Source of the DNA: Nitrosopumilaceae archaeon | GTDB taxonomy: Archaea; Thermoproteota; Nitrososphaeria; Nitrososphaerales; Nitrosopumilaceae | Assembly (NCBI GenBank): GCA_965203465.1 | Contig: CBDBCR010000003.1 | Coordinates: forward strand, 352,001 to 416,000 | Reading direction: 5' to 3' | DNA length: 64,000 nucleotides | Shown: positions 50,401 through 63,400 of the stretch, piece after piece | Numbering within the stretch: the first letter of the stretch is position 1 | How the letters are laid out: every line of letters starts with the position of its first letter | Program-made: the position numbers and the translations under genes | The notes under the pieces: generated by a model | What the model was told of the DNA's origin: nothing | What the model saw: the letters and a program-made list of their open reading frames with translations, nothing else | The model's database searches: none

Positions 50401-50495
50401 AGCGCCCCTCGGTAAGACTCCGCAGCAATCTGGGAGTGTTTTGACAGCTGGTTGGCCAGTCTGCGCCGCAACAGCTCCCGATCTTTCGGCTCCAA
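47420..50495 (-). pseudogene. Fragmented large protein: N-terminal HEPN-like domain plus long alpha-helical region
   Basis: Four successive same-strand protein-like frames (50495-49038, 48912-about 48170, about 48170-47945, about 47945-47420); TTATAA 24 nt upstream of TTG 50495. Confidence 0.7.
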
Positions 50496-50939
50496 CGAGT
50501 CCGTCCCGCGCGCCGCCGCTTATAAGGCTGGTTCGACTGCCCGCAGGCCGCCCCGATCCTAGCGCGGGCCCCAAGCCGCCGTGCGGGCCCAAAAGTCCGG
50601 CCGACTCAGTTCAGGCGACGGGCGGGCAGTTGACCGCAGACGATGCGGGACAAAACTGCCGGATCCGGCAGGCGGGCGCCCGGTTCCGCGCGTCTTGTGC
50701 GGCCGGCACCCGGATATGGGCGCAGGCGGGTCCGCCGCAGAGCGCAGCGTCCGCCACCAGCCCGGCCAGGCGTGCAGCGCGGATCGTCGGTACCAGCGCC
50801 GAGACCGGACTGCGGGCTATCTGGGCGCGTGGTTCCCGCGCCCCGGCTGCCACTAGAGCCGCCGGCCTTTCTGTCTGGGCTCTGGTCGGGAACGGCACGG
50901 CCCGAGGCGCGCCTAGCCGGCCGCACGGGTTCGCCCGGG

Positions 50940-51420
50940 GCCGAAAGGCGGCCAGCACGGCCCGCAGCTCGTCGCGCGGGTACGCGCGGTCGCGGCTCTT
51001 GACCGGCGGCGTCTTGATCGCCCTCCAGGACAGGTCTATCTCGGCCGCTGCCAGCAGCGCCTTTACCGGCTTTATCTTGTTGGGGACGGTGTTGGGGCTC
51101 AGCCTGCCCTTTCCGACCAGCTCCTTGAGGCCCTTTACGTAGCTGCGCACGGCCGCCTTGGCCGCGTCCGGGTTCGACCTGGCCAGCCCCACGAACGCCT
51201 CGCACATGTCCTCGATGCCGCGCGACTTTGGCCGGATCCCGGCGTATTTTTCAAAGACGCCGTCGGGCACCGCCGCCATGAACGCTGCCAGGCTGTTCTT
51301 GTACACGTACTTTGTCACGTCGCTGCCCACCGACTCCATCATGTCCGAGTAGGCCGTCCCCTCCATGGAAGAAAGATCTATCTCCACGGCTCCGCACGGT
51401 TTCCGTTCCTGATAAGGCAC
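50940..51420 (-). pseudogene. Tyrosine recombinase/integrase N-terminal remnant
   Basis: LSPNTVPNKIKPVKALL...IDLSW...DRAYPRDEL (core-binding domain and linker); catalytic R-H-R-Y residues are absent. Confidence 0.65.
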
Positions 51421-51430
51421 TAAAGCCGGG

Positions 51431-54400
51431 CTAATTCTGCCCGTTGATCTCGAGGTACCCGAACAGCACCTCGAAGAGCAGCCTAGCCCTCTCCTGCTCG
51501 GCGGCGACGGCCGCGCGCAGGCGCTCCTCTTCTGCCTGCCTGTCCGGCGGGGCCGGCGCCGACACCGAATCCTCTGCTTCGGGCGCGGGCATCATGGAAT
51601 CGAGCACGCGCTGCGCTTGGGCCACCTGCTCGTAGAGCCGGTCGCGGAACTCCGGATCCTCCCGGTCGTAGCCCTGCATCGGGACGCCGTCTGCAAAGTA
51701 CATGGACTCGTCGATGTCGTGGTACAGCCGCGACTGGTTGGAGAGCGGCTCGTACCGGCCTTCCGGCGAGAGCTTGAACAGGTGCCCGTCCGAGGAGATC
51801 ATGACGTCCCTGTTTGTCGAATCGGGCGATATGGGATGCAGCACCAGTTCCCCGCCGTTGACCTCGATTCCGGGCCGCCCGTCTAGCGGCTCGCCCGATA
51901 TTTTTATGCCGTGGTTGTAGTAGTTTTGCCACGAGTTGCGCTGCGAATCCCACACGTCGGTCCCCACGATGTCGAACTCTAGCGGCGCGCGGAACGCGTG
52001 CTTTATGGTCACCTGCAGGCACTCCAGCTCAGAGCCGGGCGAGCACTGGACCGTCTCGTGCTCTGCGGCCAAAGTGTCCAGGTCGATGGCCCCGTCCGGA
52101 TCTATGGCCGATACCTCGCCGGTGCCGTCGAACGAAATGTCGTAGTTTATGACCGCCCTGCTCTCCGATATCACCTCGCCGGAGCGCAGGCCGAACGCAA
52201 GGGCCGCGTGCGAGACGTTCTGCGGCCCCTCGTTTTCGTATATCCGGAGCACGACGGTGTTCTCCCTGCCCACCTCGGACTCTATGAGCGGGTACGGGGT
52301 GAAAAAGTACTCCACGTCCGAGGCCAGCCCGTTGTACGCAAATCCCGCATCAACCAGCTTTGCGCCGTACTGGTCGTAGCCGAGCGTCGGCGGGGTGCAG
52401 TCGTCGCACTCCGAGCCGCCGCGCGGGGGCGGCTGCGATACCCCGAAGAGGCTGAAATGCCCGGTCCAGACCGAATCGGAATCCTCGTCGACGCACGCGT
52501 TCGTATCGTACGTGCCCGGCGGCCAGCCCTCGGGTACCGACTGGCCCACGGGCAGCGCCGAGGTGTCCCAGGACGGATCGCAGGCAGGTATCGGCAGCGG
52601 CACGCCGAGGGTGCCGACAGAAAAGACCAGCGCGCCGCGCAGCGGTATGTCGAACTCCAGGAGCACCGGCCTGTCGAATATAATGTCGCGGCCGGGGTGG
52701 CCCACCTGGACCGTCGTGGTTATGCCGTCGAAGAGCAGAGGGTACGCTTCGCGCTGGTCTTCGGACAGGTGCGCCGTCGACGAGCTGGAAGATATGGCGA
52801 TGGCCTCGCCGAACGCCGCGCCGCCCGACGCCAGGGGCCCGAGGCCGCCGGCCTGCGTGCCGGCCGGGAACGTGGCGTCCGGCAGCCCGAACGTGCGGGT
52901 CACGATGCGCAGCTCGGACTCGAATACGGCCGAGCCGCCGCCGGCGCCGATCACGGCCGGATCCGTGACGGTCCCCGTGAACGAGGACACGTCGACCACC
53001 GGCTCTATCCCAGAGGGCGCCGTGACCGTCCCGACCACGGTGCCGCGGGCCAGCGGTATGCCCGGCTCTTCGAGCGTGACTTCGGTTCGCGCCGCCGCGG
53101 CGGTTACCTGCGAGGGGGCCGCCGCGTTGCCCGCAGCGTCGGTGACCGCGCCGGCCGTCAGCCTCACGGACGACGGCGTGGCGCCGCCCCCTGACCACGA
53201 GACCAGTATCGACTTGGACCCCGAGCCGAGCACGCCCGAGGCGGGCACGGGGGAGGCGCCGTCGGCCTCGATGCCCGCATAGTCGGAGGCAGAGGCGGTC
53301 ACCGGCTCGCTGTAAATGACGGTAACCGAGTCGATCCCGGCTATCGACGCGTACACGACCGAGGGCGGCACGGTGTCCACGACCGCGTTGGGCCCCGTAA
53401 GGTCCCTTTCCGAGAATTCGGTCGGCGTGCCGGTGCCCGAGACTATCTCGACGTACAGTTTTAGCGGGCCCTGCGGGGCGCCGGCCGGAACCGTGTAGGT
53501 CGCGTCGAAGCCGTTCTCTGCCGAGACAGTCGCCACCGCCTGGCCGTTGACGCGCAGCGCCGCGTCCATGGCCACCGTGCCCTGGGCGCGGAAGGTTATC
53601 TGTATCCGGTCGCCCGCCTTTGCCGGCCCGTCGTGCGAGACCGTAAACTGCGATATCATGACGGGCATTATCGCGTTGACCGACTGTATACGGGCGCCCG
53701 GCTCCAGCGTGTTGCCGAACAGGTCCGAGACGGGCCCGGCCGTCCTGACGCCCGGCGCGTCGCGCATGGTGAACGTGTCCGGGTTGGCCATGGTGATCGT
53801 GACGGTCCCGGACAGCTCGGAGACCGACGATACGTCGTACCCGGGAACCGAAAAGTCCGACGTCTGCACCGTGCCGTCGGCCAGGTCTTCGCTGAACCGC
53901 ACCACGATGGTGTCCGAGCTCGTCACGGAAGCCGACACCATCGATGGCGGCCGGCCGTCCTCTATCAAAATATTGCCCGATACGGCCGTGACGGCGTTGC
54001 CCGACGTGTCGGCGAACTGCGGCGCGGCTCCCGGCACCGCCAGCGAGAGCAGGCCGGGCGCGCCGGCGTTGGGCGCGGCCGATATGACGGCCAGCAGCGA
54101 CCGGAGCACGGCGGGCTCGAGCGTCACTATGACGTTGGTGCCGTCGGCGCGCGCGGTCCCCGCAAGCCGCACCGGGTCGCCCGGCGTGTTCACCGAGACC
54201 TTGGCAAGCTCGCCCGCGAACGACGAGGCGTCCATCGTCTCGCTGAAACTGAGCACCAGCACGCCGTCGTCTGTATTGAGCACCGCCGAGGCCAGCGCGG
54301 GCCTTGTCGTGTCGGGCGTGGCCGTCAACGCGGTCCCCGAAGAGGACGCCTCTGTACCCGAGACGTCGCGCAGGCCGCCGGACAGCAGGTCTATGTCGGC

Positions 54401-57400
54401 AGGCTCTGCCGCTATTATCTCCTGGCGCTTTGCCTCCGATACGGTCATGGTTGCCGTGGTTCCCGCGCTGTCCAGGACGGCCGAGGTTATGTCGGCCTCG
54501 GCGAATACAATGTTGGCGCCCGAAGTCCCGATCTCGACGCGGGCCGCCTGCGCCGCGGTCGGCGTCGCCATCTTTTCGTCGAACGTGAGCACGATGGTGC
54601 CGGCGCCCTCGTCAAGGGAAGCGGACTGGAGCTGCGGACGCACGGTGTCCGGCTCGGCGGCTATCGGCCTGTCGGAGGCGGCGGACGAAGAGTTGGAGCT
54701 CGAGTCGCTGGCCGCGCCGGTGCCCAGGTCAAGCTGCGGGGTCGTCATGGCGATGACAGCCTGCCTGTCTTGTTCGGACAGCTCGAACGAGACGGTCGCC
54801 GAATCTGCGGCAGTGGTGCGCACTGAAGCCGACAGCGCCACGCCGCCCGAAGAGGCGCCCTGCTCGCGTATCGATATCGAAGATTCGTTCATCTCCGAGA
54901 CGTCTACCGTCTCTGTGAAAGTAAGCGTCAATACCCCGGTGCCCTCGTTGAGCGCTGCCGACGAGAGGGCCGGCGCGAGGCCGTCCGATACTGCAACGTG
55001 CGGCGACTGCGTGGATTCGAGCGGCGTGCCGGTCAGATCCTCGACGTCTCCTGCAGCGCGCACGTACTGGAGGCTCAGGTCGGGGTCGGTGTCGGGCAGA
55101 TTACCGGACAGGCCCAGCACCAGGGAGGTGCCGGACGGGGCCGGGTACCGGGACACTGTGATGGTTCCCGCGTCGGCCCCGCCCAGTTTCCAAGTGTCCG
55201 ACGGGTTGGTGGCCGTCCCGCGGACAGCCTCCGAAAAGGTGACCGTGATCGCGTTGAGGGAGGTGGCCTCGGCCGACGAGATAAAGGGCGCCAAGTTCTG
55301 CGTGACCGCCTCGCCGGCGCCGGCAAGCGCCAAGTCCGCGTCGTCCTTGATGTCGCCCGGCGGGCTCGCGTACGTCAGGGTCACCGCGCCTATCGGATCG
55401 GGGAACGCCGACGAGACTGTCAGCTCTACCGAGGTTCCGGAGAACGCGCCGTAGACGGTTACCGTGCGGCCGCCCGCGCCGGCCCCCGAGAGCGTCCAGG
55501 TCGTGCCCGGCGCGGTGGCCGTGCCAGATACGGGCTCCGAAAAGGTGACCGTGATCTTGTCGGCCTCGCGCGATTCTGCCGAGGCGATGGTCGGCTCGAT
55601 GCCGTCGGACACGGCGGCGGTGCCCGACGTCTCGTTGCCCGCCGCGTCCGCCGCGTCGCCGGCGGCCGGATCGTAGCGCAACACCACGCCGTCCGGCTTC
55701 GTGTCAACCAAGTCGCCGCTCAGCGTGAGCACCAGCGAGGTGGATCCGGAAGATATGTCCGAGCTGCTGAGCACGGTGCGCGAGTTCCAGTCGCCGCCCG
55801 ATATGGACCAGCCGGCGCCGGCGGTCCCGGTGGCCGTGACGCTCTCGCTGAAGGTGACGGCTATCTTGTCCAGGGCGGTGGCCCGGGCGGTAAACGTAGG
55901 CGCGATGCCGTCGTCCGCCGCGGCCGCGTAGGCCGCCAAGTCGTTGCCCGACGCGTCCTCGATGTTGCCGCCCGAGTACGCCACGGTGACGGCCGGGTTG
56001 GTCTTGTCGGCGATGTCGCCGTCCAGGGTCAGGGTGGCGGTGCTGGCCGGGGAGCCGAACGCGATGGTCGAGACCGCCCTGCTCGCCGCGTCGGTGCCCG
56101 ACAAGGTCCAGCCGGTCGGGGCGCCGGCCGGGTCGAGCCGGACCGGTTCGGAAAACGCCACCGCTATCGTGTTGCGCGACGTGGCCGTAACGGAGGTCAC
56201 CGTAGGCGCGATGCCGTCGTCCGCCGCGGTCGCCGCGTACGCGGCAAGGTCGTTGCCCGACGCGTCCTCGATGTTGCCTCCCGAGTACGCCACGGTGATA
56301 GACGGGCTCGTGGTGCCGGCTATGTCCCTGTCCAGGTTCAGGGTGGCGCTGGTGCCGGATACGGATTCGGATATGCCCTGTATCGAAGCGACCTCGGCGC
56401 TGTTTGCGTCGGTACCCGATATGGCCCAGCCGAACGGGGCGGTGCCGGCGCCGGACAGCTTCACGCCCTCCGAGAACGTAGCCACTATCGTGCGCGGGCC
56501 CGTCGCCTCGGCCGATTCGACCTCCGGGGCGATGCCGTCGCTTACCGTCACCGAGGCGTCGGCCAGGCTCCTCGACGAGGAATCCGATATCTCCACGGTC
56601 GTGCCCGGGCTAGGCGTGGCGTCGAACGCCAGCACGACGCCGTCCGGCTTCGTGTCGGGCAGGTCGCCGTCGAGCGTGACGGTCATGCTGCGCGTCTCCG
56701 ATCCCAGCGGCGACAGGCCCGATACGCGCAGGCGGGCCGGGCTGTCCGCGTCGCCTCCCGACACCGACCAGGCCGAGAGCAGGTCCTGCGCCGAAGCGGA
56801 GCTGCTCACGTCCCTCGAGAACGTCACCACGATCGTCCTCGGGCCGGTGGCCTCTGCCGACGTTACGGCGGGGCGCCGCTCGTCGGAGACCTGCGCGGCC
56901 GGTACGGCCGCCAGAACGAGCGAGGCGCCGTCCGTTATCGCGCCGCCGCCGTCGTAGGCCAGTTTCAGGTCCGTGAACGGCACGGGCAGCGCGGCGCCGC
57001 CCAGCTGTATCGTCATGGCGGAGCCGGCTATCGCCGAGACCGACGATATCGCCCGGCCCGCCGCGTCGGTGCCCGACACCGCCCAGTTCGAGGCGGCGTT
57101 GGACGAGCTGGACACGGCCTCGCTGAACGATACCGTGATGGTGCTGTCGTCGGTCAGCGCGAACGAGGCAGTCGGGGCGATGCCGTCAGATACCGGTATG
57201 CTCGCGCGCGCCTCGAGGGCGTTGGAGGCAAGGTCTGCAATGTCGCCCGAGCCCGAGCTCGCGTCGCTGCCCACGTTCCCCGGCGAGGTCTTGTAGAGCA
57301 GCACCGCGTTGTCCGGGTTCGTATCGGCCAGGTTGCCCGAGAGCGTCAAGACCGTCGAGAGGCCGCTAGAGGTGGCCGTGCTAGCCGTCACGTCCAGGCC

Positions 57401-60400
57401 GGCAGCGTCGGTCCCCGAGATAGACCACCCTTGCGCGTTGGCCGGCACGGACACCGGCTCGCTGAAGGCGACCTCTACGGTGGTAAGCGAGGTGGCCGCG
57501 GCCGACTCTATCCGGGGCGCGATGCCGTCGTCCGCCGCGGCGGCGGCATAGGCGGCAAGGTCGTTGTCCGAGGTATCCTCGATGTTGCCGCCCGAGTACG
57601 CCACGGTGACAGACGGGCTCGTGGTGTCGGCGATGTCCCTGTCCAGTGTGAGCGTGGCGCTCGTCCCGGAGACCGACTCGGATATGTCCGATATCGAATC
57701 TACCTCGGCGCTGTTTGCGTCGGTACCCGATATGGCCCAGCCGAACGGCGCTGTGCCGGCGCCCGACAGCCTCACGCTCTCCGAAAATGCCACCTGTATC
57801 GTGCGGCGGTCGGCCACCGTCGCCGAGGCGACCGAGGGGTTCTGGCCGTCCTTCAAGTCCTGCGACAGCGCGGTCGAGGTTCCGAGCGCGTTGTTCGATC
57901 CGTCCTTTACCTGCGTGGAGTCTATCTGCACCGAGCCCTCCGCGCCGGTGCCCACCGGATTGGGGGCGGTGAACGAAACCACGTGCGTCGCGGTCGTCTG
58001 TCCGGATATCGACGATATGGTCGCCGTCTGCCCGCCCACCGAGGCGCTGCCGTAGTGGGACTGCGAGGCAGTGACGGCCTCGCTGTACGTTATCGTGAAC
58101 TGGCCCGGCCCGGTGACCTTTGCGGACTCTATTTCGGGCTTTATGCCGTCCGATACGGCCGTGCTCTGTTTTGCCTCCAGCGCGTTGGACGCGGGATCCG
58201 CTATGGCCCCCGAGCCCGAATTCGCGTCGCCGGTCACGTCGCCCGACGAGGTCTTGTACCGCAGAACCACGCCGTCCGGCTTGGTGTCCTCCATGTCCGA
58301 GCTGAGCGTGAGCACCACGGAACGGCCGTTCGAGACGGCGGTGCTCGAATCGACTGTGCGGCCGGCAGCGTCGGTCCCGGATACGGACCAGCCCTGCGCG
58401 GTCGTGTCCAATATCGAAAGGTTCTCGCTGAACGTGACCGTTATCTTGTCCAGTTCGGTCGCCTTTGCGGTGAACGTCGGCGCCTGCCCGTCCGTAAGAG
58501 TCTGCGTGACGTGGCCGGAGCCCAGGGCGTTGTTCGAGCCGTCCCTGATCGCCCCGAAATTGATTTGCACGGTTCCGGTCGCGTCGGTGCCCGTGTTGCT
58601 CCCGGCGAAGCTCAGGACGGCGGTGTCCGTGTTGGCGCCCGCAAAGCCCGACGCGAAGCGGCCCCCTCCCACGTTGATGTTGTTGTAGTGGGCCAGGTTG
58701 TGCGTCACCGTCTCGCTGTACGCGATCGTTATCTGGCGGGGTCCGGTGACCTTGGCGGACTCTATTTCGGGCTTTACGCCGTCCGAGACGTCGATGTTGG
58801 TGGCGGAGTCCAATTCGTTCGCGGTCCCCGCATCGTCCGCCACGTCGCCGGACGAGGAATCGTACGCCAGCTTTACGCCCTCCGGCTTTGTATCCGTCAG
58901 GTTGCCGTCGAGGGTCAACACCAGCGTGTCCGAGGCGGTCGACGAAATGCCAGTGCGCGTGTCCACCACGCGCGAATTCCAGTCGCCGCCCGATATCGAC
59001 CAGCCGCCCGTCCCGGCGGTGCCGGTCGCCTTTACGTTTTCGCTGAACGTCACCGTTATCTCGTTCAGTTTGGTGGCCTTTGCCGACGTTATGGTCGGCT
59101 TTTGCCCGTCGGCCAGAGGCTGCGTCAGCGCGCCCGTCGTCCTCGTCATGGCGTTGCCCGACGCGTCGGCTATCTCTGCTTCGGCGATGTTCACCGAGCC
59201 GGTGGCCCCGGTGCCCGCCGGGTTCGTGAACGTCAGGGTGTGCACCGCGGTACCGCTGCCCGAGACGTTCGATATCTGACGGAACTGGTTGTCCACGGTC
59301 GCCGGCGAATAGGCGGTCTGGCCGGCGGTGACGGCCTCGCTGTACGTTATCGTTATCGTGGTCGGCCCCGTGATCTCGGCCTTTTCCACGGCCGGCGCGA
59401 TGCCGTCGGCTACCGCTACGGAGGCGTCGGCCATGGCCCTGGAGTTGGCGTCGGTTATGGAAACGGCCGTTCCCGAAGCGGGGGTCGAGTCGTACGCGAT
59501 GTCCAGATCCGGCCGGGTGTCCGGTAGGCGGCCGTCGAGCGTGAGCGTGAGCGTCTTTGTCGATACCGAGAGCGAGGACGCGCCCGACACGGACAGCGCG
59601 CTGCCGTTGACAGTCGCGTCGGTGCCGGAGACCGACCAGGCCGCGGCGATCTGGGCCGGGGTGTTCGAGCTGGAAGCATCCCTGGTAAATACGACCACGA
59701 TCGTCGACGGGCCCGTGGCGGCCGGGTTGACGGCCGTCGCCGACAGTATGGACGGCCTCCTGTCGTCCGAGACGGCCGTCGCCGGCACGGCCGCCAAAGC
59801 CAGATTTGCGCCGTCCTGTATGGTACCGCCGGCCGAGTACGCAAGTTTGAGATCCGTTGACGGTGCCGGCACGTCGCCGTCCAGCGCGACGGTCATGGAG
59901 CCGGCAGCCGAGGTGAGCGACGAGACCGACGATATCGCCAGGCCGGCCGCGTCGGCCCCGGACAGAGTCCAGTACGAGGCGTCGTTGTCCGGGCTGGATA
60001 CCGGTTCGCTGAACGACACCGTGATGGCGCGGTCGTCCGTCAAGGCGAACGAGGCCGTCGGGGCCAGGCCGTCCGATACCGGCATGTTCTGGCGCGCGGC
60101 CAGCGCGTTGGAGTCGGGATCTTCGATGGCGCCCGAGCCCGAATCCGCGTCGCTGCCCACGTTCCCCGCCGAGGTCTTGTAGCGCAGCACCGCGTTGTCC
60201 GGGTTCGTATCGGCCAGGTTCCCGGAGAGCGTAAGCACCGTCGAGAGGCCGCTCGAGGTGGACGTGCTCGCCGTCACGTCCAGGCCGGCAGCGTCGGTCC
60301 CCGAGATAGACCACCCTTGCGCGTTGGCCGGCACCGAGACCGGCTCGCTGAACGTGACGGTTATCCGGTCGAGCGCCGTGGCCTCGGCGGTGGCCGTCGG

Positions 60401-63400
60401 CGCTATGCCGTCCGATACCGGTATGCTTTGGCGGGCCGCCAGGGCGTTGGACGACGGGTCGGCTATCGCGCCGGAGCCCGAGCCGGGGTCGCTGCCCACG
60501 TCGCCCGGAGAGGTCTTGTACTGGAGCAGCACGCCGTCCGGCTTCGTATCCTCCATGTCCGAGCCGAGCGTGAGCACCACGGTGTCGCCGTTCGAGACGG
60601 CGGTGCTCGAATCGACGGTGCGCCCCGTCGCGTCCGTCCCCGATACGGACCACCCCTGCGCGGTCGTGTCCGATATGTTCATGTTTTCGCTGAACGTGAC
60701 GGTTATCTCGTCCAAGCCGGTGGCCTTTGCCGAGGTTATCCGCGGGGCGAGGCCGTCGTCGGGCTTTTCCGAATACCGCGCCAGGGCGTTGTCGCTTTCG
60801 TCCTCGATGTTGCCGGCAGCCTCGTCGTACGAGAGAGTAAAGTCCAGGCTCGTCTTGTCGGCCAAATTGTTGTCGAGCGTCAGCGTCGCCGAGGTGGCCG
60901 TGGCCGAGGTGGTCAATACCGATATGGCAGAGCCGGCCGTGGTGGCGGGCACGTCGGCCCCCGATGCCGACCATCCGGTCGGCGCGCCGGCCGAAGACAG
61001 CCTGACAGGCTCGCTGAAGGTCAGTTCCACGGAGTTGCGCGCGGTGTACTTGCTAGACGAGACCTCGGGTGAGACACCGTCCGATACGAGTATGGAAGAG
61101 CGCGCGGCCACGGCGTTGGACGCAGAGTCGGCAAGTACGCCAGAGCCCGAGCTCGCGTCGCTGCCCACGTCGCCGGACGAGGTCTTGTACCGGAGCAGCA
61201 CGCCGTCCGGCTTCGTATCGTCCAGATCCGAGCTGAGCGTGAGCACCAAGCTCGATCCCGAGCCGGAGCCGGACGCCACGGTGCGGCCGGCCGCGTCGCC
61301 GCCCGAAATAGACCAACCCTGCGCGTTTGTGCCGTACGAGGCGATGTCTTCGCTGAACTCCACGGTTATCTTGTTTTTGGCGGTCGCCTCTGCCGACGTT
61401 ATCGTCGGGCTCTGGCCGTCCGTCAAAACAACCGGGAGCTCGGTCTGCGTGCCCAGGACGTTGCCCGCCAGGTCGTCGATCTGCGTGGAATCGATTCTTA
61501 TGGAGCCGACCGCGTCGGTGCCCGCCGCCGGGCCGTCGAAGTCTATGGTGACTGTGGCAAGCGAGCCGGCCAGGGAGCCGGACTGGCCGCGCGCGGCGCC
61601 GTCCACCGTGATCGTCTGGTAATTGGTGCCGAACGAGCTCACGATCTCGCTGTACGCGATCGTTATCTGGTTGGGGCCGGTGACCTTTGCCGACGTTATT
61701 TTCGGCGCGATGCCGTCGTCCGGCGTGGCCGAATAGGCGGCCAGGGCGTTGCCGCTCTGATCCTCGATGTTGCCCGTTGCGGCGTACGCGAGGGTAAAGT
61801 CCAGAACGGTCTTGTCTGCCAGGTTCCCGTCCAGCGTCAGGGTGGTCGAAGTGGACGTGACCGAGGTCGTTATGACCGAGACGGACGAGGCCGCCGTGGC
61901 GGCGCCCTTGTCGGTCCCCGAGACGGTCCAGTCGGTCGGCGCGCCGCCCGAGGACAGCCTGACCGGCTCGCTGAACTCCAAGTCCACCATGTTGCGCGAG
62001 GTGTACTTTGCGGAGGATACCGTCGGCGCGATGCCGTCGTCCGGCGTGGCCGAATACGGCGCCAGAGCGTTGCCGTCGTCGTCCTCGATGTTGCCGCCAG
62101 AGTACGAGAGCGTAAAGTCCAGGAGGGTCTTGTCCGCCAGGTTTCCGTTGAGCGTGAGCGTCGCCGAAGTGGACGTGACCGACGTGGTGATCACCGAGAC
62201 GGACGAGGCCCCCGTGGCGGCGCCCTTGTCGGTCCCCGATACCGTCCAGCCGGCCGGCACGGAGCCCGAGGACAGCCTTACAGGCTCGCTGAATGTCAGC
62301 GCCACCGAGTTGCGCGCGGTGTACTCTGCCGATACGGTCGGGGACTGCCCGTCCGAGAGGGGCTGCTGTATGACGCCCGCGCCCAGTGCGTTGCCGGTCG
62401 CGTCCGTTATGTTGGGCGCGTTTATGGATACAGAGCCCGTCGCGTCGGTGCCGAACGGGTCCCCTCCCCTGAACGATATGGTGTGGGTAGCGGTCGTGCC
62501 GCCCAACAGGCCCGACACGGTGCGGGCCTGCCCGCCGACGGCGAGCGACGGATAGTCGGACTGCGCGGCGGTGACCGGCTCGCTGTACTGTATCACCACG
62601 CGGTCGGGGCCGTCGACCCTCGCCGACGATACGCTCGGGGGCATGTCCAGCACGACCAGGGCCGTGTACGAGGCAAGGTCGTTGCCCGACTCGTCCCTCA
62701 CGTCGCCGGTGCCGCCGTCGTAGGCCAGCGTGACGGTCCCCAGCGGATCGTTGAGGTTCCCGCTGAGCCCCAGGGTGGTGCGGGTAGCGGCGGTCGGTAT
62801 GGGCGGGTTGTCGTTGACCGCGACGGAGGCGGGCCGGCCGGAGCCTCCCAGCGTCCACGTCTCCGAGGGCGCCGTCGAGGTGGCCAGCACCGGCTCGCTG
62901 AACACCACGGTGATGGAATTGAGCGTGCCGGCCACGGCCGATTCGATCTCGGGCCTTATGCCGTCCGACGGCTTTTCCGAGTACGGCCCCAGCGCGTTGC
63001 CGGCCGCGTCCACTATGTTGCCGTTAGAGTACGAGAGCGTAAAGTCCAGGACGGTCTTGTCGGCCAGGTTCCCGTTGAGCGTGAGCGTCGCCGAAGAGGC
63101 CGAGACCTGATCGGTGAGCGGCGCGATGTCGCCCTGGCCGGCGCCGGCGCCCGTCGCGGCGCCCCTGTCGGCGCCCGAGACGGTCCAGCCGGTCGGGGCG
63201 CCGGCAGAGGAGAGCTTTACCGGCTCGCCGAACGTCAGGACGACGGAATTGCGCGAGACGTACTCTGCCGAGACTTCCGGCGCGATGCCGTCCGATACGG
63301 GGATCTGCCCCCCGGACACCTCGTTGCCGTCGCCGTCCTCCACGTCGCCGCCGGCCGGATCGTACCCCAGCAGGACGCCGTCCGGCTTTGTGTCGGGCAG

